A stretch of 64,000 bases of DNA. Source: Raja brachyura (lineage: Eukaryota). The stretch's first letter is position 1, and each line of letters begins with the position of its first letter. Positions 12,031 through 23,810 of the stretch are shown in pieces. Below the pieces are notes generated by a model. It made no database searches and was not told where the DNA came from. It was given only the letters and a program-made list of their open reading frames with translations. The translations under genes were made by a program, and so were the position numbers. The stretch is taken from NCBI GenBank assembly GCA_963514005.1, contig OY740796.1, positions 43,834,001 through 43,898,000 of the forward strand, read 5' to 3'.

Positions 12031-12173
12031 TCTTCTTCTTCTTCTTTCGTGTGGCGTGCACAGCCTAATGTTGTTGGACAACTTGTTCTATTTGATCTTC
12101 CGTTTGTGCACGTCGAGTTGATTGCATTAGTTGAAACAGGGCGGACCACGTGAAGGTTGCAATCTTCCACCCC
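12031..12173 (-). mobile_element. Family A short retroelement (143 nt), best-preserved copy
   Basis: Starts at ribozyme G1 (12173), ends CACGAAAGAAGAAGAAGAAG; degenerate 11-bp TSD at 12020-12030 and 12174-12184. Confidence 0.88.
12120..12173 (-). ncRNA. Predicted minimal HDV-like self-cleaving ribozyme (54 nt)
   Basis: P1 GGGGUGG/CCGCCCU (G1.U wobble), P2 GAUUGCA/UGCAAUC, P3 ACC/GGU, L3 UUCACGU, J4/2 CUAA; P4 almost absent. Confidence 0.82.
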
Positions 12174-12290
12174 GAAGCTAGTCGAAGCTCCTACATAGTC
12201 GAAGGAGGTCTTCAACATGACGTTTTTTCAAACTCTCCTAAACTCTTCTAAACTTGCCAATTAGGTCGCCGCAGTGGGACAGCCCCTTTA

Positions 12291-12795
12291 GTGTGTAGAA
12301 ATGGTACTGCAGACGCTGGTTCATACCGAAGATCGACACAAAGTGCTGGAGTAACTCAACAGGTCAGCCAGCATCTCCGAAGAAAATGGACGGGGGATGT
12401 TTCAGGTCGGGACCCTTCTTCCCCCTGAATGTAAGGGGGAGAGAACTGGAGGTAGAATAAGGCCAGAACAAAACAGGGCATGCAGCAGATGACCAAGGAA
12501 GGGTGGAGCCCACAATGGCCCCTTGTTGGCTGGGGAAGAGGTGATAACGAAGGGATCCAAGGATGCAAACAGTGGAACTTGTAGGACAACTGGTGTGGGG
12601 CAGGTGGGGCAGGGGGGCAGGGGGGCAGGGGGGCAGGAGGAGAGAGGGAAGGCAGTGGTTATATTTACCCCTGACTCTCAGTTTGACAAAGTCACCCATT
12701 CCTTTACCCCGGTGATGCTGCTTGTCTCCGTTAGATACTCCAGCATTTAGTGTCCATCTTCAGTGTAAAGCAGCATCTGCAGTTCCTTCCTACAC
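12291..12795. mobile_element. Penelope-like inverted terminal fragments
   Basis: Minus-strand copy (homologous to 21405-21700) followed by a plus-strand 3' end. Confidence 0.75.
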
Positions 12796-12989
12796 AGGAA
12801 GGTGTATAATCCCTGAACGCTCTCCAAAGAAGTGAGGACATCAATGTGTTGTTATTATACCGCAGCATTTTTAAACTTGTCCCATTATTGATATGTCATT
12901 GTTTTGCTTGACAGCAAGAATAATTCTGCATCTTATGCAATTTGCAAATTACAAATTGCATCTTTTATTTCAATCCCTGAACAAACATA

Positions 12990-13620
12990 TTCATACAACT
13001 GTGCCTAATGAGGAATTACCTGAAAATTCACAGGAATGACAGTGACGGAGTCTCGAGCTGCCAAATCCTGTTCATTAAGGTGGCATAAATACATTCTAAG
13101 CATTAATAAAAATTCCAACTTTCTGATAAATTAGCATTTCAAGAAGCATGTGACACCTTGGTTAACATATTCAACCTCAATTATATTTCCCTTCAGCACT
13201 GTGTTATCTTCAACCTTTGCTGGCAATCAGAGGTGGTGTTTTCAGCAGTCAATTTCCTAGATAATGTGCCTTATCAACACTGTATGTAAACTTGCCAATG
13301 GAAATCAGACTGCAATGAACCACGGCGTAGCTAATTGCATCCAGTTTTATGCATATTTACAGACTGTCACTTCAGAGAAATCACCAGCCCATAGAGGCAC
13401 CCAGTTAGCAGAAGAATTGCTTTTGCTAATGAAAATAGGCAAACAAGCCACTGATAAATACAAATGAACAAAGCCCCTGAATGTAGCTTTGTTCGTGGAT
13501 TTAATTTAGCCCCGTTCATTTCCACAGGCATAAACTTCAATTTATGCTCTCGCATCAGTCGGGATCTATGAGCACCCGGCGTGCTTCTGTAACAATAATC
13601 CTCATCTTCTTCCCCGAGAT
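12990..13620. promoter_or_regulatory. Candidate conserved non-coding element/enhancer
   Basis: Inside a 3.3-kb stretch lacking the interspersed repeats; TAAT/TGACAG/GATAA/ACAAAG motifs; no credible ORF; conservation not tested. Confidence 0.35.
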
Positions 13621-14876
13621 GGCTGCTTGCACAGAAACCTGTCCTTTACGAATGTTTTCACGATGAGATGGATGTAGTAGATGGGATGATGAAAATTTAA
13701 TTTTGTTTTTATGTACGGCGCGCAGATTATTTTAAATATGTCTCTGCAAACAGCAAGAAGCTTTTAATACGGTTTGCATAATTCAACAGTGCATCAACGT
13801 TACAAGCTACATCCTGCAACAAAATGCTTAAACTCTCCGAGTTAAATTTAACATGAGGAAACCTGCGAGATATTCATTTTATTTAAATCAGAAAAGATTA
13901 TGCATGCTTAGCTTCAAGGTTTAAACACTTAAGCTTTTTGTATCTGATACAATACACAATTGAACGCTGATAAATGCATAACTAGTTTTCAAAGAAATGT
14001 TATGCTTAGATCAGGATCACACTTGGATCAAGATTTATAGAAACCGCATCCAAAAAACGAAAAATCTGCAATAATTTTCATCAATGCACGTTTGCATTAA
14101 TTCATCCACTAAACTAAAAATCAGAACAATATTAATCCCCTTCACCATGAAAGACACCGATGGAATTGGTTGCAAAAATTATTTAAACCTGCCATAATGA
14201 CACTCACTATGCAAGATGTAACCCAGTGACACTAAACATTCAAATACATATGTCCATTGCACCATTTCAATGGTGTACATTCTACTCACTATTAGGTGCG
14301 AGTTCGTTACTCTACAAATGTACCAAATTTTCACAAAGAAAAAGTATATGCCAAAAATACATAACGCAAAATACCTTCTGTTAATATCATGTGGCCCGCA
14401 AATGATGTTAAAGTGCAGCTCAAATATTTTGTACCTGCTCTGCATTAATAGAATAACTCTTGCACTGCAGAATCTAATTATTGAATTATAGCTTCTAACT
14501 CACTTCAAACATACTTTTAAGGAGCTTTTTTAAAGTTTCATTTTCCATTAGCATTCCCAGTGATCACTTCCAAATCAGACACCATCACTGAACCTGAAGC
14601 TTCATACACAAGAGCATAGTTCCTGATACCAACCATGGTATCACTGGTGAGGTGTTGGGACATGGTTCGAAAAGGGCCAAATCATCTGTAAATTGGACAC
14701 AATGTAAGTATTCGACTGGAACTTTACCATCCATTAAGTGCTGGTTGTAATATCTATCATGCTTGCTTATCTGTCCATTCTAACATCAGCAATCACTACA
14801 CATCTGGCCTTGAAATTCTGTGATATAAAATGTAATATAATCGTTACTGCAGCCACCTGATATATACTGCGCATTA

Positions 14877-15132
14877 TTGACCTACCTATTATATAAAGGC
14901 TAGGATTTCTTTAAAAATACAGGAGGTTATATAGATACTTAGTTGACCTGTTTATTATGTGGAGTTCAGGGTTTCTTTAAAAGTATAGTAGTTTCTGCAT
15001 AGGAATTTCATTGACCTCTTTATTATTTGAAGGTTGGTATTTCTTTAAAAGAATTGTGGTTTATATAGGAACCTCATTGGCCTCTTTATTACATGAAGGG
15101 TAATATTTCTTTAGATTTCTATAGGAATTTCA
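14877..15132. repeat. Degenerate tandem repeat, 4 units of about 66 bp
   Basis: Units start TTG(A/G)CCT at 14877, 14943, 15011 and 15077; each contains TATTA and TTTCTTTA. Confidence 0.8.
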
Positions 15133-16227
15133 TCCATTCATGTTGTAGCTCTCCACCCTGTTAATTTCCATTAGTGTGATTTCTGAAGCAATTCACATGC
15201 TGATGCGTAAGAATATTAACAGCTGAAATGTCATCATTGCGGTTAAACTGAACTAATATTCTGACGATCATTTAATTTACAAAGAATGTTATAATGGCTG
15301 AACAATTAGAGATTTAATATGTGATCATCTTTGTGTGGTAATAATATTTAGCATATTCACGGTCCAAAATATAGACTATGGGTCAATTGCCACTCACATG
15401 ATGCATTCTGTGTTCCGCAAAGATTAGGAGTTTCTTTAACAAATACATTTTCAACACTTGGATTCTTTCTTGATTATACTATTTACTCAAAATAAACGTG
15501 TGCAAAGTTGATTTTCTACAGTTTTTTATTTAATAAAATTAAAATTGCTCATGAACAGTCTTTAAAAGCAACATTTCCATGAGACCATCACTGCCACAGG
15601 TTCAACATCCCCACCATTTTAATGTACATTAGTGCTGCATTTTAAGAACATTAAAATGTTGTTTCTTTATTTTGCATTATTGGGCACTGAGTTTGAACAC
15701 TCAACTACAGTACTTCATTTTATTTTTCATTTTAAATAATCAATTTCATCGCTTTCTGTATTCAATCGCAGATTTACAATTTTTGTAAGCCGCTCCTTCC
15801 AAGATTGAAGATGAAGGACATTAAATAAGTAATCTGCCTTCGATTCATTAATTAGTATAAATGGGGTAAGGTTTAAAAAAAATCCAATTTGGAATAAGGA
15901 AGTCATGCAATGGAGAAGGAAAACGAATAGGAGCGAAAAAGATGAACTTAAACGTCTGATTTTTATTTTGAATTAAAAGTGACTTTGAGTCATTGCATGC
16001 TGAATGGTAATCTGCTGCAAACCCTACATTACAATCAGGGCTATATTAAAACAAAACAGTTGGCTATTAAACCCCAAGGATGCTTTTAGTTTGTAATAAG
16101 TAATGTATAGATGCAAATCTCTAGCATGATATGTCGCATGGCAAATGTGTAAAATCATTGTCAGTTCATAAGAATGGTAAAGCCGACAACATCTTAAGGT
16201 TTAGTAAAGCAAATGACAGAAAATGAC

Positions 16228-16560
16228 AGGGTAACCTCGGTGACGCAGCAGTAGAGTTGCTGCCTTACAGCGCTTGCAGCGCCGGAGTCCCCGGTTCGAT
16301 TCCAACTATGGGTGCTGTCTGCACGGAGTTTGTACGTTCTGCCCGTGACCTGCGGGGGTTTTCCCCGAGATCTTTGGTTTGCTCCCACACTTCAAAGATG
16401 TACACGTATGTAGGTTGATTGGCTTGGTAAATGTAAAAATTATCCTGTGTGTGTGTGTGTGTGTGTAATAGCGTTAATATGATGGGATCGTTGGTCGGCG
16501 CGGACCCGATGGGCTGTAGGGCCTGTTTTCCACGCTGTATCAAAAGCGAAACTAAAACTA
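16228..16560 (+). mobile_element. V-SINE
   Basis: A/B boxes, V domain, internal (TG)n, CR1-type tail; Penelope fragment follows at 16581-16710. Confidence 0.85.
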
Positions 16561-16874
16561 CAATAATACAATAATGATAAGTCTGAAGAAGGGTCATGAC
16601 CTTAAACACCCATTCCTTCTATCCAGAGATGCTACCTGTCCCACTGAGTTGCTCCAGCATTTTGTGGCTATCTTTGGTGTAAACCAGTATCTGCAGTTCC
16701 TTCCTCCACAATAATACACACCTATCTGTTAGTCCCCCAAGTACATGATGCAAGTTCCAGCTCCTATAATCAGCTTATGTTTTGTTTTAGTTTTTTAGTT
16801 TAGTTTAGAGATACAGCTCGGAAACAGGCCCTTCTCTCCCAAGTCAGCGCCGACCAGCAATCCCCGTACGTTTG

Positions 16875-19450
16875 GCCTATATAAAGAGATCTGTCTCAAT
16901 GACTACCACCCAGTAGACATAGCATTGATCATAATGAAGTGCTTTGGAAGGCTGGTAGGAGCGTGCATTTCCATAGTTATCCTGATTAATCTAGATGTCC
17001 TGCAGTTCACATACTGTGAATATGACAACTGAAGTCTTCTTACTACATTCAGCTTTTGGATCACCTTGACAATAAGAACACCTATGTCAGGGTGCTATTC
17101 ACTGACTAGTCCAGCCTTCAACAAACAGCATGTAACCATATAAGGTAATCTTTGTACATATGGACCTTAGCCTTGTAAACTCCATCTGCAAATGGTCTTT
17201 CTGGATGTCCTGACCAGCAGATCTCAATTGCTTAGAATTGGTCGTGACATTTCCTCTACCTGGACCTTAACATTAGTGCTCCACAGTGTTCTGTCCTCAG
17301 TCCCCTTCTCTATTCCCTGCACACTAATGACTATGTGGCCAGGTGTAGTGAATGTCAACACAGGCTTTAGGTTCACTGCCCAGTCCATCATCGTGTCTGA
17401 CCTCCCCACCATCGAAAGAGATTTATCGGAGCAGCTTTTTCCTGCTGGCGCTGACGATGGCTGCCACAGTGTACTGCTCCTTGCTGTTTTTTTTCTGTGT
17501 TTGTTCATCTTGTGAAAATCCCACAAGGATCACTTTCATAAGAGAGGTACTCATTAACATCAGACATATGGTATTCTTAATGTTTTAATGTTTTATCTTT
17601 TATTCTTAATGTCATGTTGTTATTTGGGAGTGGAGCACCAAGGTAAATTCCTTGAATGTGTGTGTGTGTGTGTGTGTGAGCGTGTGCATGTGTGCATATA
17701 TATGTATAGGGATATGCATATATATAAGAACAATACTAAACTTTTATTTCTGACTCACGGTCCAGACAAGGGACAACATTGCATAAAAATACATTGCATA
17801 TAAAAACACCATAAAATACATATAAAATCTTAATATATCACTTATAAAAGCATCATAAATTATATATTTAAAAAAACATGATTTAAAATCTAGAATAAAC
17901 TAGAAAGATCAATGTCCTACAACGAGACAGTAATACCAGTGTCTCCACAACTGGGATTCGTAGCGTGCAGTAATAAACCTTATGTTTTGACAAAGCCACG
18001 ATAATTACATTTTTTAGTCATTTATCCTGCAAATTATACATATGATTTCTTAGGATAGCTTCTAAAGTACTGGCTCCTGCATGTTACTAGCACAACATCA
18101 TTTAGGTTTCCTTAGCGGTGTTCTCATGGCATCATTATAGGTCACCTTTAGTTACTGCAAACTTGTCTTTCCGTAGTTCGACCACAGGTGTGCAGTATAG
18201 AGTGGTGTGGAATGTGCTCTAAACAGCGACATCTTCACCACATCTGTACATGCACCAAACGTACGCAAGATAATATTTGCCTGTACATACAGCACACGTC
18301 GTTGCCTATAAATATCCTCATCATCTGTCATTGTTCTGTAATAAAATGCCCAAGATATTTTACCTTATTACAGACACTAAAATTATTGTCAGACAATTTA
18401 AAATCAGTAAATTTTAGACATTTATCGTCTTTGGTTGTACAGATCATAACAGCACTCTTACAAACATTAATAGCATGGTTCCCACCATACACAGAACATA
18501 TAGTAAGGAGCTGCCGGAGATGTGTACTTGTGAGATGTGTACTTGTGTATGTGCACTTGTGAGCATGTGTATATATACACACTGAACTTTCTTTTCTCTC
18601 TCGTTTATCATCCGTATTGTTTACAGTGTACTGTGTTTACATATTCTGTTGTGCTGCAGCAAGTAAGAATTTCATTGTTCTATCTGGGACACATGACAAC
18701 AAAAACACTCTTGGCTCTTGACTCTTGATGCCAGTGTTGTGTGCTGAATTAACATTGATGATGAGAAGTACAGAAAAGAGATCAGGAATTTTGCGTCACG
18801 TTGTCAGGATGATAACCTCGCCCTTAACATCAGCGATTTGAAAAACTTTGTTGATCTAAGGAAATGAGGTAAACACAACCTTGTTGGAGCTGTTGTAGAG
18901 GTGGTCAACAGTTTCCGGTTCCGCAGCATCCATATCAATAGCAATCAGACACAAAACGCTGGAGTAACTCAGCAGGCCAGGCAGCATCTCTGGAAAGAAG
19001 GAATGGGTCACCTTTCGAGACCTATCTTCTTCCTACTCAACAACAATCTAGCCTGTTCCCTTCACACTGATGCGGTGATCGAGAACGCACATCAGCCTGT
19101 TTAATTCCTTGGATGTCTGAGTAGATTGGCCGTGATCAGAAGGATTATCTCGAACTTCAGCAGATGCACTACAGAAAGGATTCTGACCTGATGCATGTCA
19201 GCCTGGTATGGCATCTGTTCTGTTCTTAACCACCTGAATCTACAGAGAGTGTGGGACACCGCTCCTTCATCACATGCTCATCAGTTCCAATGATCCAGTC
19301 CATCTTCATGGTGTGTTGCTTCAGGAAGACTGCAGGTGTCATCATACCTTGGCCATTCCCATTTCTCTCTTCTACCTTCTGGGAGAAGATACAGGCACTT
19401 GAAAAACCAGAAGTACGGACTTAAGAACGGCTTTTTTTCACTACTGCGAT
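16875..19450 (+). mobile_element. Old Rex1/Babar LINE RT region (16875-17345 and 18735-19450) interrupted by younger inserts
   Basis: CLNDYHPV...IIMKCFGRLV at the start; later segment resembles the Rex1 RT C-terminus. Confidence 0.7.
17727..18522 (-). mobile_element. RTE-X clade LINE 3' fragment
   Basis: KVKYLGHFITE..DDEDIYRQRRVLYVQANIILRTF...PLYTAHLW...VTYNDAMR on the minus strand; GGACC..GAGTC..AATAAA end. Confidence 0.75.
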
Positions 19451-19554
19451 CAGAATTCTGAACCTATCACCTCTTTCGCAACCCTTTCCCTGAGGTACTT
19501 ATTCCCACTATTGTACGTTAATGTCCTTTTGCACGGCTTTGATGATTTTGTTTT

Positions 19555-19843
19555 AGTTTTACAGATGCAGCAGTGAAGCAGGCCCTTCAGCCCACTGAGT
19601 CCATGCTGACCAGCGATCGCCCACGCACTCATTCTATCCTACAGCCAAGCAACATTTGACAAGCCAATTACCCTACAAACCTGCACGTCTTTGGAATGTG
19701 GGAGGAAACCAGAGCACCCAGAGAGAACCCACGTGGTCACAGGGGGAAGGAACAAACTCCGTACAGACGGCACCCATAGTCATGATCATATCCAGGTATC
19801 TGGCGCTGTAAGTCGGCAACTCTATCGCTGCGCCAACGTGCTG
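19555..19843 (-). mobile_element. V-SINE
   Basis: V domain and tail. Confidence 0.8.
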
Positions 19844-19848
19844 CATTT

Positions 19849-20068
19849 TCCCCGGAGAGGGAGCATGCGGTGTCCACGGGGACTTAGGTGGCCTTCCGTG
19901 AACACTGGTCGCCACGGGAGGTCGAGTGTAATACTGATGAGGATGACGTTATTTTAAAATTGATGACTGTTGTTTTGTGAACTGCCACGAAGGCAGTTTT
20001 GATCGTGTTACATTTTCTGTATGTTTGTTTTTGTTTTCTGAATAAAAGTATTTGTATTACAAAAAAAG
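19849..20068 (+). mobile_element. Tx1-clade LINE 3' fragment
   Basis: EREHAVSTGT motif, AATAAA and A-tail; homologous to 37214-37465; degenerate TSD TGCTG(C/A)ATTT. Confidence 0.75.
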
Positions 20069-20166
20069 ACTGCTGAATTTGTTTCACAGCAATTTTGCAC
20101 TATTCTGCTGTTTTGCAATCACAGTTGTATTTATTGTTGTATTTGTTGTGTTTGGCACTGTATTCT

Positions 20167-20562
20167 TAGGCCCTCTTCGGTCATGGCAGACCATGGGTGT
20201 CTCCAGGGTTCTATTCCCTACATGGAGGACGCCTGTGCGTGACTTTATTTAATGTGCAGAGACTGGTGCACGGTGCTTGACAGATCTGGGTCAGGATCCA
20301 ATGGCATGGAGTCCAAGATGAGTCTGCTGCAGCCTTCATCTGCCTTCTCAGCCGTTGTGACGCTCCACTAAGGTCAGCCATCGTCCTCTGCCTGTTCCAC
20401 CGTTGAGGTCTTGGTTGGATTGCTCTTTGTCGGAGACCTCCCCCTCGACCTTACCACCATGAGTGGCCCCTACCAGGAGCATAGCTCCAGACGACATCAC
20501 TCTCAGGATCTCAGGTCCACACAAGCTTCTCCACCACGACAAGGTGACAATCCATGGAGAAG
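20167..20562 (-). mobile_element. Bipartite non-autonomous RTE-type element (5' UTR plus 3' end) with HDV-like fold at the 5' terminus
   Basis: CACCTTGTCGTGGTGGAGAAGCTTG resembles the BovB/RTE 5' UTR; second copy with the same ends at 59417-59819. Confidence 0.7.
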
Positions 20563-21404
20563 GACTGTAAACTCTCTGAAATTAATGTGAATAAGGAATC
20601 TTATTGCATCTTAGTATCTATGATAATAAACTAATCTGAATCTTTGGTTCCATCAGCATCACACAACAACTTACTTATATCACAGACATACCCCAACACT
20701 ATTAAAATAATCCTGCTCATCTACATGGAGGCTGGAGATTTTTTTGTAAGGTTGATGGTTATTTGAAATAAAAAGAGTTATTTTTACTCTTCAAAGTTAG
20801 AAAATCAGGGCATATTCTGTTTATGGTGGAAATAGTTTCAGAAAATAACTAATAAATGTACCTGGAGCAAGACAAATTAATCTATTGAACCATCAAATGA
20901 TAGCTTTAAATGTGCTCTTTTGTTGCAGTAGTACTCTGAAGTCAATTAACTGAGTTTTAGATTACAATATATTATTGGGATTGTCATAGTCATAGTCTCA
21001 CACAGCACGGAAACTGGCCCTTTGGCCCAACTTGCCCATGCTGACCCAGATGCCCCATCTACACTGTGCTAGTCCCACTTGCCTGCAATTGCCTCATATC
21101 TCTCTAAACCTTTCCTATCCATATACCTGTCCGAGGAATTCCTTTTAAATGATATTATAATACCTGACCCGACGACCTCCTCTGGCTGCTCATTCCAGAG
21201 ACGTACCATCTTGCAGCCATTGATTTTTCACAATGTGGTGCCATTTCCAACCACCAGTAAACTAGTAGCAAGTTATTTACACCACAGACACACCCAGAAT
21301 AAAATACATGATTTGTTGCTGAAAACTATAATGGCAGCAATTGTATAGAAGGTTTAACCTACTGACCAGGATATGGATTTCTAGCCAATCAGGGGTTTTG
21401 ATGA

Positions 21405-22025
21405 GTAGGAAGGAACTGCAGATGCTGGTTTACACTGAAGACAGACACAAAATGCTGGAGCAGCTCAGCGGGTCAGGCAGCATCTCTGGAGAAAAGGAAT
21501 AGGTGATGGAGCGGGTCGAGACTCTTCTTCAGACCAAGATTCAGGGGAGAGGGAAACTGGAGGTATGAAAAGATTCAGAACAAATCAAAGCCGTCAATGA
21601 TGACCAAGGAAAGGTGGAGCCCACAATGGTCCATTGTTGGCTGTGGAAGAGGTGGAAGGAGGAATATGGATGCAAACAGTGGAACTGTCAGGAAGGCTAG
21701 GGTGCGGGAGGGACACAGAGAGAGGGAATGCGGGGGTTATTTAAAATTAGAGAAATCAATATTCATACCACTCGGGTGTGAGCTGCCCACGCTCCAATGT
21801 GCCCGTGGCCGCACTCTGAGGAGGCCCAGGACAGGAAGGTCAGTGTGGGAATGGGATGGGAAGTTAAAATGTTCAGCAACCAGGAGATCACATAGGCCAA
21901 GGCGGACCGAGCCGAGGTGTTCAGCGAAACGATCGCCCAGTGTGCGCTTGGCCTCGCCGATATATAGGAGGCCACACCTGGAACATCGGATACAGTAGAT
22001 GAGGTTGGAGGAGGCGCACGTGAAC
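21405..22025 (-). mobile_element. Penelope-like element 3' part with GIY-YIG endonuclease remnant
   Basis: RFTCASSNLIYCIRCSRCGLLYIGEAKRTLGDRFAEH (ORF 21737-22057), then the hammerhead-bearing terminus. Confidence 0.9.
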
Positions 22026-23230
22026 CGTTCAGAGGGATATGGGCCAAATGCAGGCAAATGGGACTTGCTGAGAGAGCAAGTGGAACTGGCAGGAGAGTGG
22101 AAACTGTGGAATTGGAAGGACGACTAGGGTGGGGGTGAGGCAGAGAGAGGGGGAAGTACAGAGAGAGAGATTCTTGATTACTACGTGTGTCTGGGGTTAT
22201 GGGGAGAAGGCAGGGGAATGGGGTTAGGAGGGAGAGATGGATCAGCCATGATTGAATGGCGGAGTAGGCTTGATGGGCCGCATGGCCTAGTTCTACTCCT
22301 ATCACATAACTTAAGACTAATGGCATATAGAGCACAGCCATCCGGTCGAATTGTGCGCCAATAATGCTCCGTTTTATTTTCATTGTTTTGTACTCGTCGC
22401 TTTGCTGAACTTATTACGACGACAGGAAAACCTGTCGTTCTCACTGTGAACGTGCAGAGTTAATGATTACGGGGTTGAACTGTGCACGATAAGGTAAGAT
22501 TGAACAGAACTCTTTAGACTCCATATTTGGTCTCACGGGACTGTGGAGCTAGTTTGCAAAATGAACTCTTGCAGCTTGAGGGTGAGTTAAATTAGTGTTA
22601 GTAGAGCAGAGGGAGTGAAGAAATTATAGCATTGAGGACCAACAGATACCAGACTGAATTATTTAAAAATTCACAGGACAATCAGGACCAACATAACATC
22701 TACTCATTAGAAGTTTGTAATTTAAAGTACCCTCCCTCCCATTTAATGAATCTCATTAAATATAAATTAAAGTGAGAAAAATTAATGTATCTTCTTTCCT
22801 CTGTTGGATTTTGCTGCAAATTAAATGCTGGGAGAAAGCACATCCTGTGTTGTAATCTTTCAGTCTATTTATGTGATATTCTGACTGATTTGCCCGCTAT
22901 GAAATTCTTGATCAGCGGCTAATTGAAGAGTATAAAAAAAACACACAGGAATAAACATGAGGAAGGTTGCAAAGAATCGGGATTTAGCAATAAAGACAAT
23001 TTACAAGAGACTTTCAAATTTGACCAGTGCACTGGCAATGGCAAATTGCAAATTCATTCAAGTAAAATGGAGGAATGTGTCGCTGCTTTTGTGTTGTCTA
23101 TTTTAACTCAAATTTTCCGCGCTTGGTTCGGCAACTAAGTTAATCAGGTGTCAACGCTCCTGTTGGGCTTCATGTGTTTATAACAGAAGCTTATTTTGTC
23201 TTTTTGCAAACTAACCATTTTAGCCATTTT

Positions 23231-23810
23231 CTCCAGAGACACTGCCTGACCCACTGAGTTACTCCAGCACTTTGTATCTATCTTCGGTGGAAACCAGCAT
23301 CTGCAGTTCCTTCCTACACATTTTAGCCATTTTGTTCTTCTAAAGATAAACTTAAAGCAGTTTACTTTTACTAATTTTGGTAGGACTGTTGCCTTATTTT
23401 TAAATTCTGCAAGCTATAGTTCCTACATTTACTGAATTATTTTTTAAGTATTCTGCTAGCAGGATTGGTACTTATATTATTTATTTGTGTCATTTAGGTT
23501 GTTGAATGTGCTGACAAGGATGGCGAAAAATAGTCTTAGAAATGGTAAAGAATCACATTTCTACAAAGATTTCTACACATGAAGATAGACACAAAATGCT
23601 GGAGTAACTCAGCAGGTCAGACAGCATCTCTGGAAATAAGGAATAGGTGACATTTCGAAGACCCTTTCTTCAGACTCAACACAAAATGGCTCAACCCCGA
23701 CATGTCACTTAGTATTTATTATCCCCAGAGATGCTGACTGTCCCGCTGAGTTACTCCAGCATTTTGTGTCTATCTTAGGTGTAAACCAGCATCTGCAGTT
23801 TCTTCCTACA
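23231..23810. mobile_element. Two Penelope-like terminal insertions (23231-23318 and about 23580-23810)
   Basis: First has TSD CATTTTAGCCATTTT; second is an inverted pair. Confidence 0.75.

Larger units (their letters stand above)
11611..12286. mobile_element. Non-autonomous TIR DNA transposon, PIF/Harbinger-like MITE
   Basis: TIRs GGGCCTGCCCCGCTGCGGCGACCTAAT / ATTAGGTCGCCGCAGTGGGACAGCCCC with TAA/TTA-like flanks; superfamily is inferred. Confidence 0.7.

Noticed and set aside
12120-12173. Phage theta ribozyme (tRNA-associated minimal HDV-like)
   Set aside because: Similar minimal fold, but no adjacent tRNA; it lies in a TSD-flanked vertebrate repeat.
14877-15132. CRISPR-like array (about 66-bp period)
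   Set aside because: Whole units are homologous with no unique spacers, there are no cas genes, and the context is vertebrate.
21737-22057. Mobile-intron homing endonuclease
   Set aside because: The GIY-YIG is attached to the Penelope terminus and has no group I intron context.
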